Source: Mizuhopecten yessoensis
Taxonomy: Eukaryota
NCBI RefSeq assembly: GCF_002113885.1
Contig: NW_018406352.1
Span: 312,196-376,195, forward strand
Length of the DNA: 64,000 bases
Direction: 5' to 3'
Part shown: one piece after another, positions 25,701-40,700 of the stretch
Layout: every line of letters begins with the position of its first letter
How positions within the stretch are numbered: position 1 is the stretch's first letter
Notes under the pieces: generated by a model
The model's database searches: none
The model's input: only the letters and a program-made list of their open reading frames with translations
What the model was told of the DNA's origin: nothing
Position numbers and translations under genes: made by a program

Positions 25701-28700
25701 AGCTAAGACTATGATTGTTTTGCACGTACAACACAGACAGTGTTTATCACTTGCTTCTTCCTAGAAAATCAAACTTTGGGGAATATAAAATTGTTATAGC
25801 ATCTTGATATGTTAAATGACCTCTCTGATAACACACGATAGGAGGTTCTACAAGATCTGCTATTGAATTACCCTATCGCACGCCAAACGCTAATTATTTC
25901 TCGTTGATTTACATCTTCCTTTATAGAAATACTATAACCATAGGGTTTCGGTTTTTGCTGCTTGTTATTCTAACACATGATATGTTTTTAAACAATACTA
26001 TACAAATACGGAGCGCGGAACACACAAATGCAATTCACAGATTCGTATTCACACAGCTAACTCCCGAACGACCTCTTTTTGATAATATTTGTTAACTCAT
26101 TCACCCCTGAAACTTCAAAATGAACTATTCCAACCATTGATTCGGAAGAGTTCAAATGTGTCTTCAGGGGTGAATGAGGTAACGCTCATTTAATAGTTAT
26201 CCAGACACATCTCACTTTTTTCTTTTATTAAATTATATACAATTATTGAACGTGGAACAGACAGAAACGATCAACAGATCCGAGGTCACCTAGCTAGAGA
26301 TCCCAATGACATCACACGTAGAAAAAGATAACGTTGACTATTGTTTTCACATATTTGTAATTATCATTATTATTCTCATACCTTCCCATTGATCATTGAG
26401 CATTTACCGAAAAGCGACGTGTTTTTATCTTAATTTTCAATCCTCCATCTTCACTTAATATGTTCCCCTGGTAAAGATGCGCTACCCTTATTGTCGGTTT
26501 ACAGTAGTATCAATTCAACATTTCTCGACTGCTGTCCGAAAAGTTTGCGGATCTCAAGTTCACAAAACGTTTGCCCTGAGAAAAAAGAAAGATATTTTAC
26601 CCCAACGACACAATTCAAAATAATTTGGGTGATATATAACAAAATAATTTCTATTCTTTAAACCCTTAGGCATGTATACAGAATCGTGATTTATCTTGAT
26701 CATCTTATTATATTTTTTAAGGAGTCAAGGTCAATTTATTTTTATGAAGGTTATTTCAAATAAATTATTTTTAGAATTGTAATATCATATTTCCCTTGAA
26801 GCTGTACATACTAATTAAGTGAGTTTTGACTTCGCCATATTTCAATTTTATGACTCATATCAAAATATGCTGCGTACGCTCTCAATGTATTACTATAACC
26901 CATGCCATTTCATTTTGTTTGGTATTTTTTCTAACATGTTAATGACATTTTAAATGTTTTTTAAAAAATATTTTATTTTACTCGTCGAGTCAAAGAAGCA
27001 AATTAAAACAACTCTAATTAAATTAAACACTTAAAATTAATTTTCAATATCTGGGTAGAAAACCTGATAGCAAGCCTTAAACAACAAGAATACAGAAAGA
27101 AAGAAGCTTCTTGGGAACACTTAAATAGTCTAAAATAGCGAAATCTTCCAACAGTCAATTTTAATAACAAATTCGGAGGAAATTAATTTCTTGTGATTTT
27201 TTCAATCTTCATTGTTGTTATAAAATGATTCATATTTCGTTCATAATATCAGAAATCTTTCCAGTCTTCTCTGCTATTAAAAAGTGATTCATATTTCGTT
27301 CAGAATATCAAAAAGCAAGAAACCAATGTATGCGGGAAAGACTATGAAAACTAATAACTAAGATTCGAAGTACGGTAGCACTTTACCAAGATTTAAAGAA
27401 GCCAGACAAACTAGTATTTACTTCATAATTTGGATAGTTTGTCGACTCATCAGTGACAATATTGGTCAAAAGAATGACAGTCTATTTTTCTTGTACCCGA
27501 AATATAAATATGAGAGGAATGCTATCACTAAAAGCAAATGGAGAAATATTACATTGATGCATCTCCTACAAAACACTAAAGTTGACCAATTTAAACTAGG
27601 GAATAATTAAAAACAACAGAAGCAACGACGAAACCATAATGAACATGTGAACAGTATAAAAACATCATGAAATATGTGAACAGTATAAAAACATCATGAA
27701 ACATGTGAACAGTATAAAAAAACATCATAAAATATGTGAACAGTATAAAAACATCATGAAACATGTGAACAGTATAAAAACATCATGAAACATGTGAACA
27801 GTATAAAAAAAACATCATGAAATATTTTAACAGTATAAAAACATCATGAAACATGTGAACAGTATAAAAACATCATGAAACATGTGAACAGTATAAAAAC
27901 ATCATGAAACATGTAAACAGTATAAAAACATGATGAAATATGTGAACAGTATAAAAACATCATGAAACATGTGAACAGTATAAAAACATCATGAAACATG
28001 TGAACAGTATAAAAACATCATGAAACATGTGAACAGTATAAAAACACATCATGAAATATGTGAATAGTATAAAAACATAATGAAACATGTGAACAGTATA
28101 AAAACATAATGAAACATGTGAACAGTATAAAAACATCATGAAACATGTGAACAGTATAAAAAAACATCATGAAATATTTTAACAGTATAAAAACATCATG
28201 AAATATGTTAACAGTATAAAAACATCATGAAACATGTGAACAGTATAAAAACATCATGAAACATGTGAACAGTATAAAAACATCATGAAACATGTGAACA
28301 GTATAAAAACATCATGAAATATGTTAACAGTATAAAACATCATGAAACATGTGAACAGTATAAAAACATCATGAAACATGTGAACAGTATAAAAACATCA
28401 TGAAATATGTGAACAAATAACAGGCACCGCCGAGAGGAAAGAGTAGGTAAGAGTCGCCTCTTACAATCATGCAGTGAAGTTACAGCAGGTCTATTATTTC
28501 CCCGAACTGCAATCTGATTATTCTTAGCGAGAAGGTTTAAGAAACTATAATAATTAGTAATTGATATATATTTTATGATATATGATGTAGACGAAAACGC
28601 TTGTTCGACCATTTTTTTTTTATTGTTTACCCGTGCATTTGATTATATTGAAAAAAATAATACCAAATGAGTCATACTAATTATATTGATGCGCCTTTTG

Positions 28701-31700
28701 ATAAGGTCACGAAAGACGTTCTCGGGGAGTTGCTAAACAGAAAATGCTTGTAAAATTGGTCTGGACATGAACATTTAATTGTTTTCGAACCCGATATGAA
28801 ATGAGAATCGCTAAATCATGTCGAATCGTAATGTTATCTGTAGAAATTTCACTAGGGAAAAGGTCGTTGTGCAGAAGTTGTAGATATTCCCCACACAATA
28901 CGGACTGACGTAAGCTTAGATGCACTTACAAAAACGTTAATGGTACATTGGGTCTATTGTGGTCTCCTAATGATATAACCAGCAATGCGTGGATTTTACC
29001 GTAAATCCTCCACAGTGCATTCGTAAAAGAACATGCTATCGTATTCTGTCTTTGCGTATTGCAGAGTTATCTCCTCTTGGGAGCAGGTATTGATTGTTAC
29101 GTCACTTGTTTGTGAGAGAAACGTCATCAATTTTTGAGAAAACGACGTAATTTTATCACACAGACCAATGACGTAACAACCAATGCCTGCTCCCAAGAGA
29201 AGATATCTCTGCAATACGCAAAGACGGAATATGGTACTATACAATTGTGCATCATCTTGTAATGTGGTTCAGATGTCTTGTCCAAAATCCGCTTATCAAG
29301 CATTTTCTATTTATACACTTCATACATGTATTCCAAATAGTTTAGGCGTTACTGTTTTGTATGTCTGATTCTGCTGGTAGGAAACTTTAATCAAAATATT
29401 GAATTTGTTTAAATGCAAATTACGTTTAAGGTTTATTTGATAATTTGTTCGAAGTAATTGAATTTTACTTTCCTATAAAATGTTCCATTTAAATTTAGCT
29501 GTTTGATTTCTTCACTTGCGAGCCCGTTTTGTAGGCGATGGCTATATATGTGGTTTTAGAAGTTAAAGTTGCTTGCTGAGCGCGTGTTTTTGCGAATTAT
29601 AAGCGTTTCTCACAATAGCTGGGTCTAATTTCATTATTGGTAATGAAGTATAAATTGAGCGTGGTATCATCGCACTAGACTTGAATGAGTTTTTTTGGTT
29701 TTTTTAACTTAAATCATATTTTATTAAATCCAGTCGTGCGTGACGTTTGCCGCTATTTCAGGGAGTCAGAGAATCGCCAAAATCGCATATGAATGACGGG
29801 AAACATGTAGAGGTATTCGAAACAGGCACGCGAGTCAAAAACACACGTCAAGTTGCGCAACTTGTTTTTGTACTATGCGCATTTTGCGATATCGTCATAT
29901 CCCATGTAAGGTTGATCACGTGGTACTCTCCCCCGGGTTAACCGCCATGTACGGCTTTATCGGGTTTATTTTTGCAACATTCGGCGCACGATCGTTTCCT
30001 GGACGCCATCCGAGAAATGCCTGGGGTGTTTTTGCGCTCAAAAGGTCTTTACTTGTCCCGTTTTGACGCGACGTCATTATTCAATCCACCTTGATTTGAC
30101 CTTGTAATACCCTTTCTTAAATAATCTTAAAGGCGTGCTTTTTATCAATATAAATCTTTACCAAAATGATGCTCGAAGGAGTGTCCGATAATCAGAGTTA
30201 CACAATTTATATATGTCCATATTAGTTACTTTACAAATCCGGGATTTTGCTTCTAGATTTTAAAAGCTATATGACATGTGCTTTTCACATAGATAGCATT
30301 CTATTTGGGTATTGTGATAAAAAAAAATCAGCAATGTCCACTTATTTTCAGATTCATTCCTAGATGAAATTATCATTGAGTCATGCCGTATTCTCGCCAT
30401 TACCTGAATGAATTCAAAATCCCTATTGTACACACATCCTGGCATGTGTCTGCGTTACTTGGCTTATAATCTATAATTACGTCATGTATGGCCGATATAT
30501 CTGAACATGCCTTTTGTTATATTATTCATAGTTGTATCCCCAGGAGAATTATATACACATTTGGTTATATATTCACGCATTGCTAAAAATAAAGATGGTG
30601 ATAACAAAACAACACATAAATAATTTCCGGTTTAGATGGACACCTAATATTATCTCATATATTTGTGTTCAGCATTTGAAGGTAAATCGATCTAGTTCAT
30701 GATGAAGAATCGATTTATCACATTTTTTTTTATTTTTTAATATACTGATCAACAGATAAACTAAAACTTATCTTTGTTCCGTCTTAATTAACCAGGGATT
30801 ATTGTTTCAGGTTTAGATGGAAACCTAATATTATCCTATCTATTTGTGTTCAGCATTTGAAGGTAAATCGATCTAGTTCATGATGAAGAATCGATTTATC
30901 ACATTTTATTTTTATTTTTTAATAAACTGATCAACAGATAAACTAAAACATATCTTTGTTCCGTCTTAATTAACCAGGGATTATTGTTTCAGGTTTAGAT
31001 GGAAACCTAATATTATCCTATCTATCTGTGTTCAGCATTTGAAGGTAAATCGATCTAGTTCATGATGAAGAATCGATTTATCACATTTTTTTTTCATTTT
31101 TTAATATACTGATCAACAGATAAAATAAAACATATCTTTGTTCCGTCTTAATTAACCAGGGATTATTGTTTCAGGTTTAGATGGAAACCTAATATTATCC
31201 TATCTATCTGTGTTCAGCATTTGAAGGTAAATCGATCTAGTTCATGATGAAGAATCGATTTATCACATTTTTTTAATTTTTTTAATAAACTGATCAACAG
31301 ATAAACTAAAACATATCTTTGTTCCGTCTTAATTTACCAGGGATTATTGTTTCAGGTTTAGATGGAAACCTAATATTATCCTATCTATCTGTGTTCAGCA
31401 TTTGAAGGTAAATCGATCTAGTTCATGATGAACAATAGATTTATAACAATTTATTTTTATTTTTTAATAAACTGATCAACAGATAAACTAAAACATATCT
31501 TTGTTCCGTCTTAATTAACCAGGGATTATTGTTTTAAATTTCTGTGTGGTTGTTTGTTATGTATTTCGATAAAATCAATAGAAATATTGTCAATGCTTAC
31601 ATGGGATTTTCGAACTATTGTTGAAAGATAATGACGGAAGGTATGTGGTCATCTCTACACTATTATTAACGGTTTCAACTGTAGAATAAACAGTTGTCGG

Positions 31701-34700
31701 AAACAAAAACAATGACGTCATACGTCTCTAGCCTTACTAAACTATCACGTGATAGACCGTCTCTGTGAACGTTGCAGTCTCAATGTAAAGCATGATACAA
31801 AACATATAAAGTGCAATGCTTTTCCTTTATTTAACTGCAATGACCTTGACAAACATGTTTTCACCACAGTATAACAAGTCTTAAGACTAATTTTGGAACA
31901 GAACGCCTGAAAGCTATCGGTCTGTACCAAATTATATAACTCACAATAGCTGGTTTTGCAATTCAAGATTTTATGTATGAATATTATAGTGTTTACACTT
32001 TTGTCGTCAGTATGTTCAGTTGGTATATTAATATTCCTTTTTATTGTCTCTAAAAACGTTTTTTCTGTGTTGACAGCCTGTTCAGTAAGTTATGAAATAG
32101 AGGATATATAACAGCGTCTTCAGTAATACGAAATATCTTTTACAAGTGTGACTGATATTTTGATATCTTTCACGAGTGCTTGGAGACGCTGACACCGTGT
32201 TTTATTTGACATGAGTTTCCTCCGATCGAACAGCTAGAATTGAAGAACTGTGTACTCTGCTGGTTTCCTTAACATAAACGTTTACGATTCAATTAAACGT
32301 TGTGTTTCCCCAAGAGAACAGTTCCCCCATGATAAGTAACAGATCTGAGTATTCTTGGCAGCACAATTGGTTGATGTCTCACACGGATTTTCTCGGAGTC
32401 TGCGTATCGTTAAGCGAACCAGGCTTTAACCATATAGGTCACTTGTAACTGTTCTCATGGAAGTGTGTAATCAGTGTTTTGATTGGTCAAATCAGCAAAA
32501 GATATATTTTTCATTAATGTATATTATTTCTATAGAATAAATAATTTTCAATATTTCACTTATAAAAATGAATTAAATAAACAATTTTGTGTGTGTGTGT
32601 GGGGGGGGGATTACCCGATGGTTTATTTCAACAGTTTTGCACGAAAGATATTGACAAAAGAAATTTCAATATTTGGTATAAACTGGTCTTAATAAACATA
32701 TCGTTTTTCTCTATTCTACATATGATTCAAGGACATTGATTGCACATGTCTGTGACCGTAAATACCATAAAAGAATCCTTAATTGACAAAATCACCAAAT
32801 GGTGCAGTAAAATGTTACTTTGTTGGCTTTCTGCAACTTCATTTTCCAAACGGATGCTGCCTTTTTTCTTGTTTCTAGTGATTAATGTAACCAGGTGATA
32901 TCCATTTATACTACCGTTACAGTTCCCGAACACGTGACTTTGTTTACGACTTCTTGTTCTGATTCGTGATGTCTTTCCGTTAGTTTTGGCGTCTCATGGA
33001 TACCTACTGTCACTTAACCATCCAATTTGCAATGAGTTCTGGGTTTGTCAGTATGTGATGATGCTAAGGTATCTTCTCTTTAACATCACATGCGCCATGT
33101 GGACTTGACGCTTCGCATCTAAAACACACGTTTGAACAGGAAAAAAGGAAAAATAATAACCATGAACGATCTGAATTAAAACCAGATAGTCACAAACTAA
33201 ATCTACAAATACAAGCTGGTCTCACAGATTAAATCTACAGATACCTGCTGGTCTCACAGACTAAATCTACAGATACCTGATGGTCTCACAGACTAAATCT
33301 ACAGATACCCGCTGGTCTCACAGACTAAATCTACAGATACCTGATGGTCTTACAGACTAAATCTACAGATACCTGCTGGTCTCACAGACTAAATCTACAG
33401 ATACCTGCTGGTCTCACAGACTAAATCTACAGATACCTGCTGGTCTCACAGACTAAATCTACAGATACCTGCTGGTCTCTAAGTCAGATTGAACTAACGA
33501 CATGTTGTTTTCGTCCTGGTGAAACCTTACCAGATAACAGAATCGTCAACACAGTCCCTGCCCAGCCTTGTGTATTAGACATTAAAGTGATTAAAAAGGT
33601 TTTTTCTCTACATAGGACGTTTGTACTTTAACTAGACAGCATGGTATCTAGTTCAAGGGGTTTGTTGCTTTCAGTGGCACTGTAACTTAGAAACGGCCAT
33701 CAATTTCATTTGTCCTAAAATCGATCAGAAAACAACTATTCTTCGCCCGATTATACGTTACCCGTAACAATACAGGAAGCGTATTACTTCTAAACAATTG
33801 AAAAGCAATCTTATGGAAATCAGCTTCCAGATTTGCTGTCACTGAGACGTCAAGCTGACAAATATTTCTCCCCGGGTTCCTGGTTCATTAGGAAACTTGA
33901 TGTCATTATACATCAAAACATTGTTCTTCAATGCATGGTTATCTGTAAGAGGATCTAATGTAACTGTTCCATCAAGTTAACTTCGGAAATGTTTAAATTG
34001 AGAACTAAAAATCAAAGCTTAGTGATTTTTAGAGGACCATCTGAAGACCGGATATACAATAAAGATTCCAGAAATGAAAATTTCATTTTTAAATGACATT
34101 TTGAAAACCTGTTAAATCCTTGGTAATTAAAATAAAGTTGATCAGGCTTGTTTGACAATAGCTTTTGGATTTGCCCAATTAAATTATCCAATTTAATGCT
34201 CGCACCACAGCGAAAGTTAGCTTGATATCAAGCTTAAATTAGTTCAGTACAGTTTCGTTTAATGACATTTCACTATCAGGACAATGCCATGACGTCATGA
34301 ATTTAGGTAAAACCAACATGGCGGTTGACTTCTTTTGATCTGATTAAAGTTTTGTAAATAGTGAGTTATGTTATATCATTTGTAGAGCCGGTGATAAACA
34401 GAATATCATATTCGTTCCTCTGTCCAGATCATATTCTAAGTCATTGTCACTATCAAGAAAATGCCGTGACATCCTGAATTTTAGGTAAAACCAACATGGC
34501 GGAGATTTCTTTTGATCTGGTTTAAGTTTTGTAAATAGTGAGTTATGTTAGATGGATCATTTGCAACGCCGGTAATAAACAGAATATCATATTCGTTCCC
34601 CTGTCCAAGTCATATTATTTGATAATTACGAGATTCCCTCTGAAGGTCGTTCAATGATATCATGATCATCGTGGTTCGTCTGTGATCATCTACTTCATAT

Positions 34701-37700
34701 TTATTACTGTTTTTATTATTGTTCAAAGTTAACGAGGCGTCACGTTGTTTGTTTTCGGGACAATGTGGGACACAGATTCGTCCATCAAATCATCTGTGTT
34801 GTCTCTAGAAACAGAGGATTGGTCTAACACGGAGGCGCTACTATTGTCTGTATGTATCAGCATACTCGCTTTGGGACACAGTGTACGAACACAAAGCATT
34901 GTTAGTTTGACAAATGTAAAAAAAAAAAACGCTACACAAAATTTGTCTATGTTTCCAAATTACCTGTAAAAATTTACCATATTTTTATCTTTAATAGATG
35001 TAAAAATGAATTCTCAATTAAATATTTATAATTAAATTGCAAATTTTAAAAGAGATTATTGTGTTTCATTTTCAAGGATTACAAGTTAAGCTGTTGATTC
35101 TTTTGACACAACAGCAAATATATCTCTAATACTAATAATACTCTGTCGTACCGTCAACCTGTGGACTGAGTGACTCATCAATAAAATATCAGTGGCGAAG
35201 CAACTCCCTGTCGTATCCTGTGTTGTGGTATCATGATCCGGCCGTATCGTTATTGGGTTTTAATGTCTCCATGTGTTGCCATCATCAACTCCCAGTCCTC
35301 GTCGATATGTGACAGATGGGTGGAACATTGACGGCAAAATACACGCAGATACACAACACTCGGAACATATTAGCAGATTAAGATGTCTGTTATATATACG
35401 AATTATATATACGAATTTCAATGGTACTGTATATTTGCGGATATAAAAGATATGGGAAATAGTAATATATTACAACTTTAAGTATTTCATTGGTTATCTT
35501 TTTTAGTCTGTATGGAGCAATTGGGAAGGCATTTCCACTGTTATAAATCCGTTATGACATCAGTGACATTTACATAGGTTAACGTTTTGTACATTGGCAA
35601 ATGCTATTCTTTCTTCTCTTCCTATTTCTTATCCTCTTTCTTCTATTTCAAATCTCTGTTATCCATTATTATTTCTGCTAAGGAAACAGATTGATATAAT
35701 TTAAAAACTTATTTCTGGATCCTATTTCATGTATGTAATAATTAAATGTTCTGTATATTGTAATTGCTAATTTACGATATAAAATATGGTTTATACTAAA
35801 TGGGAAGGCTATATTGTTGATGTCTTTGCTTCAGAGGTTGTCTTATTTAAGCGGGTATCGAACAAATGGGAAATATATATTGGAAATGTTTTTTGCTTCC
35901 GTGCGTTTCCTATTTTAGCGGAAATAAAAAATATTTTGTGCTACATGTATCAGATATTGTAGCACTTGTTAACTAGTTACCATATTGCGGCGGATATTTT
36001 CCGTCTTTGCGTATTGCAGAGTTATCTTCTCCTGTGAGCAGGTATTGAATGTTACGTCATTTGTTTGTGAGAGTAACTTCATCAATTTTTGAGAAAACGA
36101 CGTAATTTTCTCACACAAACCAATGACGTAACAATCAATCCCTGTTCACAAGAGAAGATAACTCTGCAATACGCAAAGACGGAATAACAGATTTGAAGTA
36201 GACTAATATAATTATTTTTTTAAATTGTCATCCTATTTAAGCTTATAATGTTTATTATTATAAAGTTAAATATTTATTATAAGTATTTTAACGTTAGTGG
36301 TTGTTTAGTTTTAGCGGTCATAAAATATTTGGTAAATAATTAGAAACCTTCAAAACATATGGGTATTTGTTGTCATTTTTTTCGCCGATATATAACGAAT
36401 AGGGATGATACTTATTGATTTAAGTTGTTGACATATTTTAGCAGATATAAAACACATATTTGTATATGATTGTTTTTCTTGATCGACACAGCTAATCTCA
36501 TTTGAATGATAGCGTGGTTCATAAAACACACACTTTTCAGGTTATTGATATGAAACTATCCTACACTTCTTTTGAAATTCATAAATTGAGAGGTTTGACG
36601 CACCTTCCGACCTGTTTCGAAAGAAGTTAAAACCATTTTTGATTTCCTTTTTTTGGCCACTTGCAACACTGTTAAGTTCTTAAAGGACAAAACAGCTCCA
36701 TAGTGCCATGTTATTTATTTTCAGCATGCTGTATCGATTACCAATTGTTTAAGGGAATATGTGACCTAACCTTCTGATATATGTAATCTAACCTTCTGAT
36801 ATATGTAATCTAACCTTCTGAAATATGTGACCTAACCTTCTGATATATGTGACCTAACCTTCTGAAATATGTGACCTTACCTTCTGAAATATGTGATCTA
36901 ACCTTCTGAAATATGTGACCTTACCTGCTGATATATGTGACTTTACCTTCTGATATATGTGATCTAACCTTCTGAAATATGTGACCTTACCTTCTGAAAT
37001 ATGTGATCTAACCTTCTGAAATATGTGACATAACCTTCTGATATATGTGACCTTACCTTCTGATATATGTGATCTAACCTTCTGATATATGTGATCTAAC
37101 CTTCTGATATATGTAATCTAACCTTCTGATATATGTGATCTAACCTTCTGAAATATGTGACCTAACCTTCTGATATATGTGACCTAACCTTCTGATATAT
37201 GTGACCTAACCTTCTGATATATGTGATCTAACCCTCTGATATATGTGATCTAACCTTCTGATATATGTGATCTAACATTCTGATATATGTGACCTAACCT
37301 TCTGAAATATGTGATCTAACCTTCTGAACTAACCTTCTGAAATATGTACCCTAACCTTCTGAAATATGTGACCTAACATTCTGAAATATGTGACCTTACC
37401 TTCTGAAATATGTGATCTAATCTTCTGAACTAACCTTCTGAAATATGTACCCTAACCTTCTGAAATATGTGACCTAACATTCTGAAATATGTGACCTAAC
37501 CCTATGAAATATGTGATCTAGGAGGCGCAGTAGTCTAGTGGTAGGACGCCGGGCTCGTGACTGAAGGGTTGTGGGTTTGAGTCACGGCACAGCACTATGT
37601 TGTGTCTTTGAGCAAGATACTTTATCCCGCTTGTTCCATTCTATTCAGCAGTAAAATGAATGCGTGGTTGGGTAGTGACAGAATAGTTGAAAACTAGATG

Positions 37701-40700
37701 TGAGCGCCGGAATGGTAGCATCGGCTGTTTGCTCCCCAGTGAGTTGAGAGAGATATTGGCTGGTTGCAAAGGCCCTATAACCACGGATAATAATTTATAA
37801 ACCGCTTTGAGACGACCTACGAACTAGATTGTGATAAAGCGGTATATAAAAACCTCAAATTATTATTATTATTTTTATTATTACCTTACCTTCTGAAATA
37901 TGTGACCTAGTCTAATGAATCAGGAGCGACCATACTACTATTTAATGTGTGACCTACCTTGTAAAAATGTGTGTTTTAGCCGCGTAATATCCATTGTGAC
38001 TTCAGATTGATATGACGTCATGGAATTTAAGATGGCGACGTCGACAAAATACAATACATCATAGGCTGTACAGCATGTTAATTTTGCCTCAATTAACATG
38101 TTGATAGAACACTTGGTGAAGGGATCGTTTCTTAACATAAAATCGATGATACAATAGTCAATACGTTTTTTAGCTCACCTGGTCCGAAGGACCAAGGTGA
38201 GCTTATGCCATACCGCAGCGTCCGTCGTCCGTCAACTTTACACTACTAGTCGTGAACCACTGAGCGGATTTTAACAAATTTTGGTGTGGAGCATCCTTGG
38301 GTTAAGAAGAACCAATTTTGTATAAATGGTGGGTCTGGCCCCCCAGGGGCCTGAGGGGCGGGGCCAAATAGGGCAATAGAGCATTTTTTTCTTTAAAATC
38401 CTTCTTCTTCTGTAGAAATGAAAGGATTTGTTCCATTTTTGGTTAGAAGCATCCTTGGGGGAAGGGGAAGAAAGTTTGTATAAATGGTGGGTCCGCCCCC
38501 CCCCCCCCCCCCCCCCCCCCCAGTTGCCTGAGGGGCGGGGCCCAATAGGGTAAATATAGCAAATTCTTTAAAATCCTTCTTCTTCTGTAGGAATGGAAGG
38601 ATTTGTTCCATATTTGGTCTGCAGCATCCTTGGGTGAAAGGGAACCAATTTTGTATAAACCGTGGATCTGGCCCCCAGGTGCCTGAGGGGTGCGCCCAAT
38701 AGGGGAAATATAGCAAATTCTTTAAAATCCTTCTACTTCTGTAGGAATGAATGGATTTGTTCCAGATTTGGTCTAAAGCATTTTTGGGTGAAGGTGAACC
38801 AATTTTGTATAAACGGTGTGTCTGACCCCCCTGTAGGCAGAGAGGCGGGGCCCAATAGGGAAAATAGAGGTAAAACCTGTAAGATCCTTCTTCTATCATA
38901 GGGATTAAGGGGTTTTATCCTAATTTAGTCTGGAGCATCCTTGGGCCAAGGGGACTCAATTTTGTATTAGCAGTAGGTGTGGTCTCCGAGGGGGGCAGAA
39001 GGGCGGGGCCAAATAGGAGAAATAGAGGTAAAACCTTTAAAATCCTTCTCCGACCATCGGGATAAAGGGAGTTTATCCTTATTTAGTGTGGAGCATCCTT
39101 GGGTGACGGTGACTCAATTTTCTATAATTGGTGGGTATGACCCCCGTAGGTGCATAGGGGTGGGGCTCTGTTTGAAGTTTGTTCTCTATATCTCAAGTAC
39201 TGGATGGATCTTTCTGAATGTACTTACAGCACCTACCATGGAGTGCTATATCTTTACTTCATACCAATTACTTTAATTATATTCAGGTGAGCGATACAGG
39301 CCCTATGTGCCTCTTGTTATTCACTTGAGTTCAGCTTGTTAGAATGATGAGTTCCTCTTTGACTTCATCAATCTATTACGAGCCATTTAAGATATCATAT
39401 ATATTTATAGAGTATGTAATAAGTCTCGGGTAGATAGTCAATATCGTGTATATCTTGTTGAGGCCGCTGTAAGGGAAGCATATCCTGTGTGTTGTAAATA
39501 GCTTTTTACAACTCCCATGTGTACAAGTGGTTGTATTAATACTATCAAGACGAACCTGTGAGGCAATAGAGAATACGCTGCAAAATAGAAAGGAGTATCA
39601 CAATCTGATTGATTTACAGCTACTAGGTGATATAAATCAGGTCTTATTGTGTTTACAATTGTCACGATTTGGATATTTTCTCAATTCCATAAAACACTCC
39701 TCTTATGTGTGATGCTAGATATTATTATAGCATAGTGCATGCTCTATAATGTATATACATTGGCTATTAGTACAAATCAACGACTGCTAGTGCTATGTCC
39801 AAACAGTACATTTCATACCAAATATATATGAACCAGCTTAACTCGAACACTCGGATAACTCGAAGTTTTCCTACGACCCCGTCGACTTCGAGATAACGAG
39901 GTTCGACCGTATACCATTTATCATAGATACAAAATGGTGGTGTTATGTATTTAACTTGTCTGTGTTGTATGATGTTGCATGTAATAGATAACGTTTGTGT
40001 TATATGACTGAACAATAATAATGCTTTGATAATATGAAATAAACACATGCATAACAGGGATTTCAATGGCGATGTTGAAGAACTGTCGTCATTCTCAAAA
40101 TACCAGCGATAACGCTCACATACGTTATCTGCACCCCTGTAATATGCAATAACGAAACTGAAGGTTATATTCGCACTACCTTATATATGACACTATAAGA
40201 CAAGTTCGATCATTTTGTTTGTATCAAAAGAATCACAGGGCAGCGGAACGGTAGAATGTCCTGACATTGATGTCGGATAGGGCGTCTCTATAATCTTCAA
40301 TCGACAGGTATAAGCCTCGAGATTGGTCTGTCAGTTCCTTTTACCTGAAACCTGTCAAGTAGCTAACCTCGTGCCTTCGATTTTGTTATGACATATTCCA
40401 GGGGTGCGGAGAACGTAAGTGAGCGTTACCGCGGGAATTTCTAGGAAGACATGTCGTATTTTTTGTGTGATATTTGTTTTTTTCTTTGTCGTATGGGGAA
40501 AGAAATATTGGAATCATTTGATTCCTTAACATTCATTAAGTATAACCTGTACTTCCAATGTTGACTATTACAACTCGTTAAGTATGGGAAAATTATCTAT
40601 GATCATATAATCACCACAACTCGTTTAAAACCGAATTATAATAACTCTCTCATGTACAAAGTTTGTATTGATTACACAAACTATTAAAAATGTCTAATGT

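Noticed and set aside
27431-27460. Minus-strand gtcaCTGATGAgtcgacaaac resembling a hammerhead core
   Set aside because: No room for a helix II loop, the G of GAAA is missing, and no helix I partner was found; at best a deleted remnant.
38393-39276. ORFs within the GC-rich 38-39 kb region
   Set aside because: They lie in the non-coding central repeats of the HINE.
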